64,000 nucleotides of DNA from Selaginella moellendorffii (Eukaryota > Plantae > Lycopodiophyta): assembly GCF_000143415.4 (NCBI RefSeq), contig NW_003314300.1, positions 1,644,525-1,708,524 on the forward strand, read 5' to 3'. A program made the translations under genes and the position numbers. The notes under the pieces were generated by a model. The model worked only from the letters and a program-made list of their open reading frames with translations. It was not told where the DNA came from and searched no databases. Positions 1 through 11,273 of the stretch are shown in pieces (the stretch's first letter is position 1; the number at the start of each line of letters is the position of its first letter).

Positions 1-1
1 C

Positions 2-115
2 CACTCGGCTATCAAGTTTGTGTCCAAGATGGTGGGACGATCTATAACCGTGAGAGACGCTAGCCGGTTCCATCACTTTAGCAACGGGACGTGCTCTTGC
101 GGAGATTACTGGTGA
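2..115 (+). CDS. 3' end of a PLS-class PPR protein with DYW deaminase domain (5' part outside window)
   Basis: The frame from nt 2 reads [37 protein letters not shown], the canonical DYW C-terminus. Whether the whole gene is intact cannot be seen. Confidence 0.9.
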   Translation, partial: HSAIKFVSKMVGRSITVRDASRFHHFSNGTCSCGDYW

Positions 116-303
116 CTAAATTTTGCTCGGCCTGTTTCGAGAGATCGATGTGGAGCGGAGGAGCTTTTCCAGCGACGAGGTAGAGTTTCATCTTTGCTTT
201 TCTGGTTGCTTCATCGCGGCTACTTTCTTGCAGTGGAATGCAATCAACAAACTTGCATAGACTCCAAAGACAAGGAGAAAAGAATCTTATACACGGGACA
301 ATC

Positions 304-957
304 TTATACAAAGTTGGATCGGACTTGGTTGATGCTACGCTCGTCCAAGAAGAAAGTCTTCTCGAGCACCTCGTCCGGCACCTCTGGTCGGGATCCAAAC
401 ATGGATCTCGCAATGAACTGGATTCCGGGGAGCTGGGAGTTGAGAGTGGCGATGATCTTCGCGTTGGTCCTTCCTACGTTCATCTGCCAGTGGATTAATC
501 CGCGAGGAATCACCATGACTTCTCCCCTGTTCATCACTCGGGCAAACAGGCGATTGTCCGCTGTGACGATGGCGGCGTACACGGTCCCTTCTTCTACGTA
601 GACCATCTCCGAGGCTCTGGGATGGGTGTGAGGAGGGATGATCCCTTCCGGGAGAAAGTCGAGCCTAGCGATGGAGAGACCCAAAGTGTTGAGGCCTGGA
701 AATCTCAGCACGGTTCCAAAGATCGCACCGGAGCGATTGATGTTTGTGGTGTTGGAGGAGTTGACGATTCCGCTGTAGATGAAATCGTCCACCGTGACTG
801 TGGACGAGTTCCTGCATGGGAATCCATTGATCCCAGGGACGACGTTGAGATCTCCGATGCAAAAGTCCTGGAGTGGATCTGGATCGGATGAAACTACTGC
901 GCACACGAAGAATGCGAGCAAAGCAATCCAGACAGCGTGAGATTTGGAGAGAGCCAT
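304..957 (-). CDS. Germin-like protein (cupin), copy 1, 217 aa, intronless
   Basis: MALSKSH signal peptide, DPDPLQDFC, germin box 1 GIIPPHTHPRASE, box 2 PRGLIHWQ; TATA about 85 nt upstream. Confidence 0.95.
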   Translation of the reverse strand: MALSKSHAVWIALLAFFVCAVVSSDPDPLQDFCIGDLNVVPGINGFPCRNSSTVTVDDFIYSGIVNSSNTTNINRSGAIFGTVLRFPGLNTLGLSIARLDFLPEGIIPPHTHPRASEMVYVEEGTVYAAIVTADNRLFARVMNRGEVMVIPRGLIHWQMNVGRTNAKIIATLNSQLPGIQFIARSMFGSRPEVPDEVLEKTFFLDERSINQVRSNFV

Positions 958-1586
958 AGTCGAAGAACTGGATGAATCTTTGATCGGAGACGAGTGGATC
1001 GCTGGATTTGTGATGAAGAACCATTGCCTTGAATGATATATATACCTGGAAAACGTGATAGTACTTGGATGCTGCGCGTACACACTAATTTGGAAAGCCG
1101 AGTGAGCCACCATGTTGGAACACGAAGTTTCAATCACGTTTTTGGTCAAGGTCAGCGGGAAAAGTAAGTACAAGTCGCATTTTGAATAACTGGAATATAT
1201 ATTTTACTTTGCTTTTAAAACCATATTTCTTACCGGCTTCGAAGTTCAATGATCGATGACCAAGGTAACGTTCAATGATCGATGACGATCAATGACCAAG
1301 GTAAAGTATGCATACATTAAGCTTCGTGACCCATTGACACCCAATTGACAATGAGATTCAAACAAGCGTCTAACGAAGTATCTTTTGAAATCATCAATGA
1401 CTAATTTTTATCCAGTGGAAGTTGTTACGTATCCAATATGTTGCTCCGAACCTCCAATGTTCATACGTGCGGATAATACCAGCGACACCACAAGCAAGCA
1501 GGTGACCCGACCACAGCGAGCTTTTCCCAACGGACGAGTCCCGGGAGGTACTGGGGATCCACCTGTACAGGGGGACTGTATACGTA

Positions 1587-2090
1587 ATGTGCTTGTACAA
1601 TACGACCACGACGTTCGAGCTCATGCAGTTGAGCTCTGGAAGGACAGTTTGGGAGATGGTGGACTCACATCTTTTGTGTTACAAGGGGTTTGAGACATGG
1701 ATGGCGAGATGTACTACACGGAGTCGGGAGATCGCCGGGATAGTTGAACGAGTACAAAAGTTCAAGGCAGTGAGCCGCTGTTTCTCCTATGACATCAGGA
1801 AGACACTCGGTGGCGCTGGAGAAGATCCAATCCTTGCAATGAAATTCTTCTTTTCCTTGGCTGTCTACCACCAACCTCTAGGACTCATTCTCACTCAAGC
1901 TGATGGTAAGGCAGTCCGTGACGGTATCTGGTGTGAGATCGAGGCTGCCGCCAAGACTCGGATCAGCCACCAGCTCCCATGGTATCCTCCACTTTTGGCC
2001 GTCATGCCAGAGCATGAACACTTCTTACACTTTCCTCATGCTTGTGCTGACTCGCCAATTGCATCGATATCTTGCAACAACAACACATAA
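1587..2090 (+). other. Unidentified ORF or gene relic between GLP1 and GLP2
   Basis: 167-aa open frame with protein-like composition; no motif recognised. Confidence 0.25.
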
Positions 2091-2543
2091 GCTGAAGAGA
2101 GCGTGACGGAGTCGTACCTGGATAATCTCTAATTAGGATTTCTGAGCCGAAGCAGCAAGGAATGGATGGTATTACTTACTGCCTGAAGGGTCGAATGCCT
2201 CGTTGGCAGAAGTTTTGCAAGGCATTGATGCTGCTCCAAAAGAAGAAGAGTAAGCGATCAAAAGTGAAGAGTTTCATGGGACTGGACCCGCGAAATGTTG
2301 ATATTTCCAGGAAACTCGTGTTTATGTTTTAACACTGGAAAGTCCTCCAATGAAGTCTAAAATTAAAACATCTGAAGGATGCCTCTTTTGATTCGATCTA
2401 TATGGGACCTTTACTGGATCTGAAGCTTTTTTCTTTATTTATGCTTGTAAATGTACCTGAGAAAGAGCCCATGTGCAATTTTCTAGCGAAGAGGTTATAG
2501 CTGATAGAATCCAGAAAAAGAATTTTATAAACGGGGCAAAGTC

Positions 2544-3197
2544 TCATACGAAGTTGGATCTGACTTGGTTGATGCTACGCTCATCCAAGAAGAAAGTCTT
2601 CTCGAGCACCTCATCCGGCACCTCTGGTCGGGATCCAAACATGGATCTCGCAATGAACTGGATTCCGGGAAGCTGGGAGTTGAGAGTGGCGATGATCTTC
2701 GCGTTGGTCCTTCCTACGTTCATCTGCCAGTGGATTAATCCACGAGGAATCACCATGACTTCTCCCCTGTTCATCACTCGGGCAAACAGGCGATTGTCCG
2801 CTGTGACGATGGCGGCGTAGACTGTCCCTTCTTCTACATAGACCATCTCCGAGGCTCTGGGATGGGTGTGTGGAGGGATGATCCCTTCCGGGAGAAAGTC
2901 GAGCCTAGCGATGGAGAGACCCAAAGTGTTGAGGCCTGGGAATCTCAGCACGGTTCCAAAGATTGCGCCGGAGCGATTGATGTTTGTGGTGTTGGAGGAG
3001 TTGACGATTCCATTGTAGATGAAATCGTCCACCGTGACTGTGGACGTGTTCCTGCACGGGAATCCATTGATCCCGGGGACGACGTTGAGATCTCCGATGC
3101 AAAAGTCCTGGAGTGGATCTGGATCGGATGAAACTACTGCGCACACGAAGAATGCGAGCAAAGCAATTGAGACAGCATGAGATTTGGAGAGAGCCAT
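2544..3197 (-). CDS. Germin-like protein, copy 2, 217 aa
   Basis: Same motifs as copy 1; 654-bp uninterrupted CDS. Confidence 0.95.
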   Translation of the reverse strand: MALSKSHAVSIALLAFFVCAVVSSDPDPLQDFCIGDLNVVPGINGFPCRNTSTVTVDDFIYNGIVNSSNTTNINRSGAIFGTVLRFPGLNTLGLSIARLDFLPEGIIPPHTHPRASEMVYVEEGTVYAAIVTADNRLFARVMNRGEVMVIPRGLIHWQMNVGRTNAKIIATLNSQLPGIQFIARSMFGSRPEVPDEVLEKTFFLDERSINQVRSNFV

Positions 3198-3979
3198 AGT
3201 CGAAGAACTGGATGAAATCTTTGATTGGAGACGAGTGGATCGCTGGATTTGTGATGAAGAACCATTGCCTTGAATGATATATATACCTCGAAAATGTGAT
3301 AGTACGTGGATGCTCCGCGTACACACTAATTTGGAACGACGAGTCAACGGCCGCCCCTGGAACGCGAAGTTTGAATCACATTTTAGGTCAAAGGTCAATA
3401 TAAGTACACTCATTTTGAGTAACGGTATTTTACCAAAAATAAAAATAGAATTTTGGAAACCTCTGCCAAAAAATGGTAGCTTTTCAATCAAAAGAGAAAG
3501 GTTTAACGTGGTTACCTCCGCCAATCCTTACAATCGAAACCTTCTTTTTTTCATACTTTTCTGTTGCGCAGGGCTCTGTAAATTTAGGTGTTGTTGTTCA
3601 TGCACCGGTTCTTCCTTCGTGGATCGCATTTTAACACTCTCGTGAGCTCCAACAGTCTGTATATTTTCTGTACTTCGATTCTTGTTGCTCACTGTTTTTT
3701 TTTTATCCCAAACTGCTCGACATTCGCTGGAAGGTACGAGCTGAAGGCATTGTGCACGTAAGATTCAGGTTTTCCTCATTCTGATTCTACTCCTGACTTG
3801 TATGCATTTTAGAACATACAACTTGGAATGTAGACATAAACACAATCTCATCTTCTTTCGTTGGCATTGGTTCACTTGTAAGTCAGATGCACAGGTCTTC
3901 ACTCTGTAGATAATTTTTTGGTCGTTTTCTCAGGGACGTCGTTAAAAGAGCACCCTAGATGAGTTCCCGAGAACAAGTC

Positions 3980-5190
3980 AGCTGTTGCATTTGGTGATGT
4001 CTTGGGACTTACTTGGAAAGAATTTGGGAACACGAGGTAAGTGGATGCATGCTTTTAAAAGCGACTGAAACCAGCACAGTTGTTGTACAACCAAACGAGC
4101 GGAATAGTTCTGGCTGGAGAAATATCTTCACGAGCGGAATAGTTCTGGCTGGAGAAATATCTTCACGAGCGAAATAGTTCTGGCTGGAGAAATATCTTCA
4201 CGAGCTGTATCTTTTTTCTCTGTTCGTTGATGTTTTGTTCCTTGACTTTGCGTCAGTCACGGTGCCAGTATGATTCGTCGAACGCTAACTGAACTTTATT
4301 CTGAAGCGCATCTCTCTTCCAATGGAACGTTCGGTGTGAGTGCAATCTTTGTTTGGATATATGCTTCGTCCACTTATAGTTATGTTTTTCTCTTTTCTTT
4401 GTTTCGCAGTGATGGGCATCTTGTCGCAGTTGCCTACTACAGATCAGGCTACGGATGATCCTTCCGAGCTGGTATATGTCAGTCATTCGTGGCTATTTCT
4501 TTATTTTCGTTTTGTTTCGCTACAAGGGATGGCACGCGAGATTGCTGCTCGAGCGTTATAAAATGTCCATGGATCTCATACCACTTAGCTGGAACCAAAA
4601 AAGTGCAACAAGAGCTTGCCAAGCCGAATGTATTAGAAAGGTACTGCCATCCTTTGTTTTCAGGTTTGTTCAAGACAAGAAAAACGCCGCGGAGATCATT
4701 CGTGAGTTCTTTGCGGGGCTGTGGGGCCTCAATGAAGAGAGTTACGAGATCATCAACAAACAGCCCGAGCTATGTGTTCTAAAACCTCAATGCGAAGGTG
4801 GTGGTGAGTTTTGTCTTTCCAAGTTTCTCTCATCGTTTTCGCTTCTCACAGGAAACACCATCTATGGCAGCGCCGTGAAAGCGAAGCAGACGGAGGAGCC
4901 GGGCTTTCGGCTTATATCCTCATGCAGCGCATCTTCCCATCGACGTACATGTCTTATCTCGTGCGAGGAGGAGCGGAGCGCCGAGAAAGCAGTCTCGGAG
5001 GGAGCTGGGAATCTTTAGCACATACCTGTTTCTTCTTTTTTCCTCTCTCAATTTTTTACAGATTCTTTGCAGGAATGGCGAAAGAGAAATCACCAACAAG
5101 GATTGTGGTTACTTGCTGAGAACAAAAGCCTCGAAAGTAGATGAGTCGCCACTGGCTTCGCTGTTCTTGACAGCGTCTATCTCTTTCTGG
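3980..5190 (+). pseudogene. GSH2: Glutathione synthetase pseudogene (C-terminal part, introns retained)
   Basis: Frameshifted pieces [77 protein letters not shown] and GFAVLDSVYL match eukaryotic GSH synthetase motifs. Confidence 0.88.
4096..4205 (+). repeat. 35-bp tandem repeat x3 inside the GSH2 pseudogene
   Basis: CGAGCGGAATAGTTCTGGCTGGAGAAATATCTTCA three times head to tail; single copy in the paralog near 7405-7435. Confidence 0.95.
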
Positions 5191-5419
5191 AAATAAACAA
5201 GTGAAAAACTTAAGGGTAAATGATAATTCTAATGGATATGGGTCATTATCTATTTATATGAGGCACTTTGTTTATGCTTGTAAATGCATCTTTTGCGCGC
5301 ATTTATCAGCGAGGTGATAGCTCTTGGCCAAGAGCTATTTTCTAGCGATGGTCTTGGCTATTTTCTTGCAACGACAAACTTGGATAGATTTCGAGAGAAG
5401 AATTTTTATAAACAAAATG

Positions 5420-6073
5420 TCATACGAAGTTGGATCGGACTTGGTCGATGCCACGCTCGTCCAAGAAGAAAGTCTTCTCGAGCACCTCGTTCGGGACCTC
5501 TGGCCGAGATCCAAACATGGATCTCGCAATGAACTGGATTCCGGGAAGCTGGGAGTTGAGAGTGGCGATGATCTTCGCGTTGGTCCTTCCTACGTTCATC
5601 TGCCAGTGGATTAATCCGCGAGGAATCACCATGACTTCTCCCCTGTTCATCACTCGGGCAAACAAGCGATTGTCCGCTGTGACGATGGCGGCGTAGACTG
5701 TCCCTTCTTCTACATAGACCATCTCCGAGGCTCTGGGATGGGTGTGTGGGGGGATGATCCCTTCCGGGAGAAAGTCGAGCCTAGCGATGGAGAGACCCAA
5801 AGTGTTGAGGCCTGGAAATCTCAGCACGGTTCCAAAGATTGCGCCGGAGCGATTGATGTTTGTGGTGTTGGAGGAATTGACAATTCCGCTGTAGATGAAA
5901 TCGTCCACCGTGACTGCGGACGAGTTCCTGCATGGAAATCCATTGATCCCGGGGACGACGTTGAGATCTCCGATGCAAAAGTCCTGGAGTGGATCTGGAT
6001 CGGATGAAACTACTGCGCACACGAAGAATGCAAGCAAAGCAATCGAGACAGCGTGAGATTTGGAGAGAGCCAT
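5420..6073 (-). CDS. Germin-like protein, copy 3, 217 aa
   Basis: Intact 654-bp CDS with both germin boxes. Confidence 0.95.
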   Translation of the reverse strand: MALSKSHAVSIALLAFFVCAVVSSDPDPLQDFCIGDLNVVPGINGFPCRNSSAVTVDDFIYSGIVNSSNTTNINRSGAIFGTVLRFPGLNTLGLSIARLDFLPEGIIPPHTHPRASEMVYVEEGTVYAAIVTADNRLFARVMNRGEVMVIPRGLIHWQMNVGRTNAKIIATLNSQLPGIQFIARSMFGSRPEVPNEVLEKTFFLDERGIDQVRSNFV

Positions 6074-6454
6074 AGTCGAAGAACTGGATGAAATCTTTGA
6101 TGATGAAGAGCCACTACCTTGAATAATTATATACCTCGAAAATGTGATAGTACTTAGATGCTTCGCGTACACACTAATTTGGAAAGCCGAGTGAGCCGGC
6201 CGCCCCCTTAGCCGCCATCTGGAACGCGAAGTTTGAAATACTTTTTTGGTCAAAGGTTACAAGTCTCCTAACTCTCTAAACATGTTTGGAATTTTGGAAA
6301 TTAAGCAGCTTTTGTTCTACTCCTACTCCATTGAGAAGGAGTGTATATACATTGCAGATCAAATTCCTTCACCAAAAAATGGTGAGAAAGCGCAACTCTT
6401 CAAGAAGTGAAATTAGAAATTTATCATTTACCCTTAAGTTTTTCACTTGTTTAT

Positions 6455-7553
6455 TTAGAGATAGACGCTGCCAAGCGGTGTCGACGCTTCCCTCATCTAC
6501 TTTCGAGGCTTTTGTTCTCAGCAAGTAGCCACAATCCTTGTTGGCGATTTGTCTTTCGTCATTCCTTGCAAGAAATTGAGAGAGGAGAAAAAAAGAGACA
6601 AGGTATGTGCTAAAGATTCCCAGCTCCAAGACTGCCGCTCGCCTCCTCGCACGAGATAAGACGTGTAGGTCGGTGGGAAGATGCGCTGCATGACGATATA
6701 AACCGAAAGCCCGGCTCCTCCGTCTCCCAGTAGCTTCGCTTTCACGGCGCTGCCATATTTGTTGTTCCTGTGAGACGCGAAAACGATGAGAGAAACTTGG
6801 AAAGGCAAACCTCACCACCGCCCTTCGCATTGAGGGTTTAGAACAAATAGCTCTAGCTGTTTGTTGCTGATCTCGTAACTCTCTTCGTTGAGACCCCACA
6901 GCCCCGCAAAGAACTCACGAATGATCTCCGCGGCGTTTTTCTTGTCTTGAACAAACCTTGGAGTGCTGAAAACAAAGGATGGCAGTACCTTTCTAATACA
7001 TTTGGCTTGCCAAGCTCTTGTTGCACTTTTTTGGTTCCAGCCAAGTGGTATGAGATCCATGGACATTTTATAACGCTCCAGCAGCAATCTCGCGTGCCAT
7101 TCCTTGTAGCGAAACAAAACGAAAAAAAAAAAAAAAGCCACGAATGACTGACATATACCAGCTCGGAAGGATCATCCGTGGGTTCGTAGCCTGATCTGTA
7201 GTAGGCAACTGCGACAAGATGCCCATCACTGCGAAACAAAAGAAAAGGATCCAAACAACGATTGCACTCACACAGAAAGCGTTCCATTGGAAGAGAGATA
7301 CGCTTCAGATTAAAGTTCAGTTAGCGTTCGACGAATCATGCTGGCACCGTGAGTGACGCAAAGTCAAGGAACAAAACATCACCGAACAGAGAAAATAGAT
7401 ACAGCTCGTGAAGATATTTCTCCAGCCAGAACTGATCATACATATTTGGTTGTACAACAAAGAGCACAGCTGTGCTGGATTCAGTAGCTTTTAAAAGACC
7501 TCGTGTTCCCAAATTCTTTCCAAGCAAGTCCCAAGACATCACCAAATGCAACA
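6455..7553 (-). pseudogene. GSH2: Glutathione synthetase pseudogene, second (inverted) copy
   Basis: Inverted paralog of 3980-5190: [55 protein letters not shown], with frameshifts. Confidence 0.88.
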
Positions 7554-7849
7554 GGGACGTCGTTAAAAGAGTTGAGCATTTCCCGAGAACATGAGAAAAA
7601 TTATCTACAACTATGAAACACGCAACAGAAAAGTATGAAAAAAAGAGAGGTTTTGATGAAAGGATTTGCGGAGGTAACCACGCCCAGCATGAGTTTGAAC
7701 CCTCTTAGTGGTATCCATTCAACGCAGACTTTTTCTGTGAGATCTGTGAAGTTAGCGAAGGAACCTTTCTCTCTGTTGATTGGTCACTATCTATGTGTGC
7801 GATGATCTTGGCTATTTTCAGAAAAGAATTTTATAAACGGGGCAAAATC

Positions 7850-8503
7850 TCATACGAAGTTGGATCGGACTTGGTTGATGCCACGCTCATCCAAGAAAAA
7901 AGTCTTCTCGAGCACCTCGTCGGGAACCTCTGGCCGAGATCCAAACATGGATCTTGCAATGAACTGGATTCCGGGAAGCTGGGAGTTGAGAGTGGCGATG
8001 ATCTTCGCGTTGGTCCTTCCTACGTTCATCTGCCAGTGGATTAATCCGCGAGGAATCACCATGACTTCTCCCCTGTTCATCACTCGGGCAAACAGGCGAT
8101 TGTCCGCGGTGACGATGGCGGCGTAGACGGTCCCTTCTTCTACGTAGACCATCTCCGATGCTCTGGGATGGGTGTGTGGGGGGATGATTCCTTCCGGGAG
8201 AAAGTCGAGCCTAGCGATGGAGAGACCCAAAGTGTTGAGGCCTGGAAATCTCAGCACGGTTCCGAAGATGGCGCCAGAGCGATTGATGTTTGTGGTGTTG
8301 GAGGAGTTGACGATCCCGCTGTAGATGAAATCGTCCACAGTAACTGTGGAGGAGTTCGTGCACGGGAATCCATTGATCCCGGGGACAATGTTGAGATCTC
8401 CGATGCAAAAGTCCTGGAGTGGATCTGGATCGGATGAAACGACTGCGCACACGAAGAATGCGAGCAAAGAAATCGAGAGGGCGTGAGAAGTGGAGAAAGC
8501 CAT
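7850..8503 (-). CDS. Germin-like protein, copy 4 (MAFSTSH signal type)
   Basis: Intact 654-bp CDS with both germin boxes. Confidence 0.95.
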   Translation of the reverse strand: MAFSTSHALSISLLAFFVCAVVSSDPDPLQDFCIGDLNIVPGINGFPCTNSSTVTVDDFIYSGIVNSSNTTNINRSGAIFGTVLRFPGLNTLGLSIARLDFLPEGIIPPHTHPRASEMVYVEEGTVYAAIVTADNRLFARVMNRGEVMVIPRGLIHWQMNVGRTNAKIIATLNSQLPGIQFIARSMFGSRPEVPDEVLEKTFFLDERGINQVRSNFV

Positions 8504-8771
8504 ATCCAATCCCAGATCGAGGAAAGAGGAAAAACTCGATATTAAGCTCTCGGAGATGAATGTACTACTGGATTTGTGACGAGAAATCATTCCCTTGAAT
8601 GATATATATATACTAGGAATTGCGACGCTACATGCATACACACGGAAGAATTTGAAAGCGAGTGAGCCACCATAATGGAACACCATCAGATTTAAGGTCA
8701 ACGAGAAAAGTCAAAGCTGTCGATCTCATTGCAAGGAAAGGGCCACGGGTTTTCGCTGGAAATTTTGGGCT

Positions 8772-9011
8772 CCAGTAATCTCCACTCCCATTGCTAAAGT
8801 GATGGACTTCCCTCCCACCATCTTGGACGTTCTTGAGGAACCTCAGCTGCGGTCCTTGTTCCACCGCCATGGTATCTATCGCCTCTGTCACCAAGCCATG
8901 CCCCCAAATCATGCTCCTGGGGCAGCCAAGATCATCCAAGTGGACATAAACATAAACTTTCGTCCAGTAGAAGAACCTCACTGCCTCGTCGAAATGCTCC
9001 CGGCAATGCAA
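8772..9011 (-). pseudogene. Highly eroded PPR-DYW relic
   Basis: Ends ...REVHHFSNGSGDYW; nucleotide similarity to nt 25-112; GHGLVTEA resembles a PPR motif. Confidence 0.6.
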
Positions 9012-9269
9012 AAAGCATGCACCACGAGACTCGATTTCTGTCCGGTGTTACAGGCAAGGGCAACAAGAATGGTCACCACAACGTCTTGGTCATGCCTTGG
9101 CCCGAATGTCGATTTTGCTGCCTTTTTTGTTTTGGCAGAAGGAAAAAAACTCGTCTCATTTTTCCGATGATTTTCAATTTTCAATCTTCAATGTCTACCC
9201 CGGCAATTGGAGATGCTTCTCCAAGTTGGTCCCAAGATTATCATTTCTCTTGTTTCTTTAATTCCTCCA

Positions 9270-10181
9270 CGTAAATCTGCTGCAAGAAGGTTGTACGCAT
9301 ATCTCGAATCCACTTGCCTGTCGATGCTAAAGTCGCCCACAATCTCCAGATCCCTTATTAACAGCCTCACAGCATAAAAAAGCCCATTGGTCTACAAAAG
9401 TGGAAATGACTGAATCCCAGTCTTCCTTTGTGTCTAACAGCTTGCCAACTTCCTTCGACGTCAAGTCGCGCGATTCAGGCCAGCGTCCGGCATGGGATCC
9501 ACATCTATAAGATCCCACAGTTTCGCAGTAGCAACTTCTATGCAGACCCTGTCTAGGATATTCAGCGAGTGCGGATGGTTGGCTGCACAATACTCCACTT
9601 GTTGACGTCTACACGGGTCATCATCTACAACGGCAGCTAGAACCGAAGCCTGCTTGCACTTGTTCCTGCAAATGCAAACATCACAACCTATTAGTGACAT
9701 GCAGGCATGCATGCAAGTGAAGCGACCACAAACCTTGGTGAAACCTTCTGTTCGAAAGACTTTGATCCTGTAGTTGTCCGCCCTTCCGTATTTCCTGTAG
9801 TGCATAGCATCAGACAACATCCCTAAGATCACCTTGTAGCTACAGAGAACATCCATTATCGACTCGTAAGCTTGGAGGCGCTCCTTGGCATCATACCTCC
9901 ACTTCACTGGGTCCAATCCCTCAACACCATCGACAATGAATGATATCCTCGCCCAGACCCATCCGATCCTCCAGAAAAGCCTTGAGTGAAGCGAGATCCC
10001 TTACAGTGTCGGCCGTGACGTTGGGCTGCTCGGCGTACGCAAGCTTGAGCGCATCAACAAATAAATCAATGAGGCAACTGCTAGCTCGTTCCATGTTCCA
10101 TAAGCACAGCACTATGGTCTTCTTCGGAGCTGCAGTGCAAAGGAGAGAGGCAAATGCCCTGAGCCTTGCAAGACTTGCCAT
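9270..10181 (-). pseudogene. Unidentified degenerate spliced gene
   Basis: Consecutive protein-like frames (9921-10181, 9461-9916, 9188-9370) broken by frameshifts and stops; no family recognised. Confidence 0.3.
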
Positions 10182-10440
10182 CGCCCTTGGGCCCGACTAC
10201 CAGTATCTCCTCTCCGGGAAGCATATCAAACCACATCAGAGCATCGGGCAAGCCTACCACGTTGATTGCTTTCCTGGCCTAGGACCCGGATCCAAAGTAG
10301 GAACTTTGTTTACCTTGTGGACATCGATCAGCTTCCAGGTGGCAGCAGTAACTGATAGTGTATTATTCAATACACTATCCTTAGTCAATGTTTGACTTTC
10401 TCCACCTTGACCAAAAATGTGATTCATCGGTTCCAGTATG

Positions 10441-10540
10441 GTGGCTCACTCGGCTTTCAAATTCTTCCCACTCTCACGAGGAGTGTGTACGCGCAGCATC
10501 CAAGTAGCATCACATTTTCTAGGTATATATATCATTCAAG
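10441..10540 (+). promoter_or_regulatory. GLP core promoter: GTGGCTCACTCG block plus TATATATATCATTCAAGG TATA element
   Basis: The same block, with variants, lies upstream of all six GLP copies (e.g. 1028-1112, 8594-8672, 12702-12780) while flanks diverge. Confidence 0.6.
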
Positions 10541-10619
10541 GCAATCGTTATTCATCACATCCATCGATCCACTCGTCGCAAAGATTCATCCAGTAGTTCT
10601 TCCCTCTTGATCATCAACT

Positions 10620-11273
10620 ATGGCTCTCTCCAAATCTCACGCTGTCTCGATTGCTTTGCTCGCATTCTTCGTGTGCGCAGTAGTTTCATCCGATCCAGAT
10701 CCACTCCAGGACTTTTGCATCGGAGATTTCAACGTCGTCCCCGGGATCAATGGATTCCCGTGCAGGAACACGTCCACAGTCACGGTGGACGATTTCATCT
10801 ACAGCGGAATCGTCAACTCCTCCAACACCACAAACATCAATCGCTCCGGTGCAATCTTTGGAACCGTGCTGAGATTCCCAGGCCTCAACACTTTGGGTCT
10901 CTCCATCGCTAGGCTCGACTTTCTCCCGGAAGGGATCATCCCTCCACACACCCATCCCAGAGCATCGGAGATGGTCTACGTAGAAGAAGGGACCGTGTAC
11001 GCCGCCATCGTCACAGCGGACAATCGCCTGTTTGCCCGAGTGATGAACAGGGGAGAAGTCATGGTGATTCCTCGCGGATTAATCCACTGGCAGATGAACG
11101 TAGGAAGGACCAACGCGAAGATCATCGCCACTCTCAACTCCCAGCTTCCCGGAATCCAGTTCATTGCAAGATCCATGTTTGGATCTCGGCCAGAGGTTCC
11201 CGACGAGGTGCTCGAGAAGACTTTTTTCTTGGATGAGCGTGGCATCAACCAAGTCCGATCCAACTTCGTATGA
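10620..11273 (+). CDS. Germin-like protein, copy 5 (5' MALSKSH type, 3' matching copy 4)
   Basis: Intact 217-aa ORF. Confidence 0.95.
   Translation: MALSKSHAVSIALLAFFVCAVVSSDPDPLQDFCIGDFNVVPGINGFPCRNTSTVTVDDFIYSGIVNSSNTTNINRSGAIFGTVLRFPGLNTLGLSIARLDFLPEGIIPPHTHPRASEMVYVEEGTVYAAIVTADNRLFARVMNRGEVMVIPRGLIHWQMNVGRTNAKIIATLNSQLPGIQFIARSMFGSRPEVPDEVLEKTFFLDERGINQVRSNFV

Noticed and set aside
958-1173. N-terminal extensions of GLP ORFs (also 3198-3524, 6074-6253, 8504-8701, 12672-12869)
   Set aside because: They start at non-ATG codons, run through the TATA box and are not conserved in frame; the signal-peptide ATG is the real start.
4096-4205. CRISPR-like 35-bp repeats
   Set aside because: The units are contiguous with no spacers, lie inside a GSH2 pseudogene in eukaryotic DNA, and there are no cas genes.
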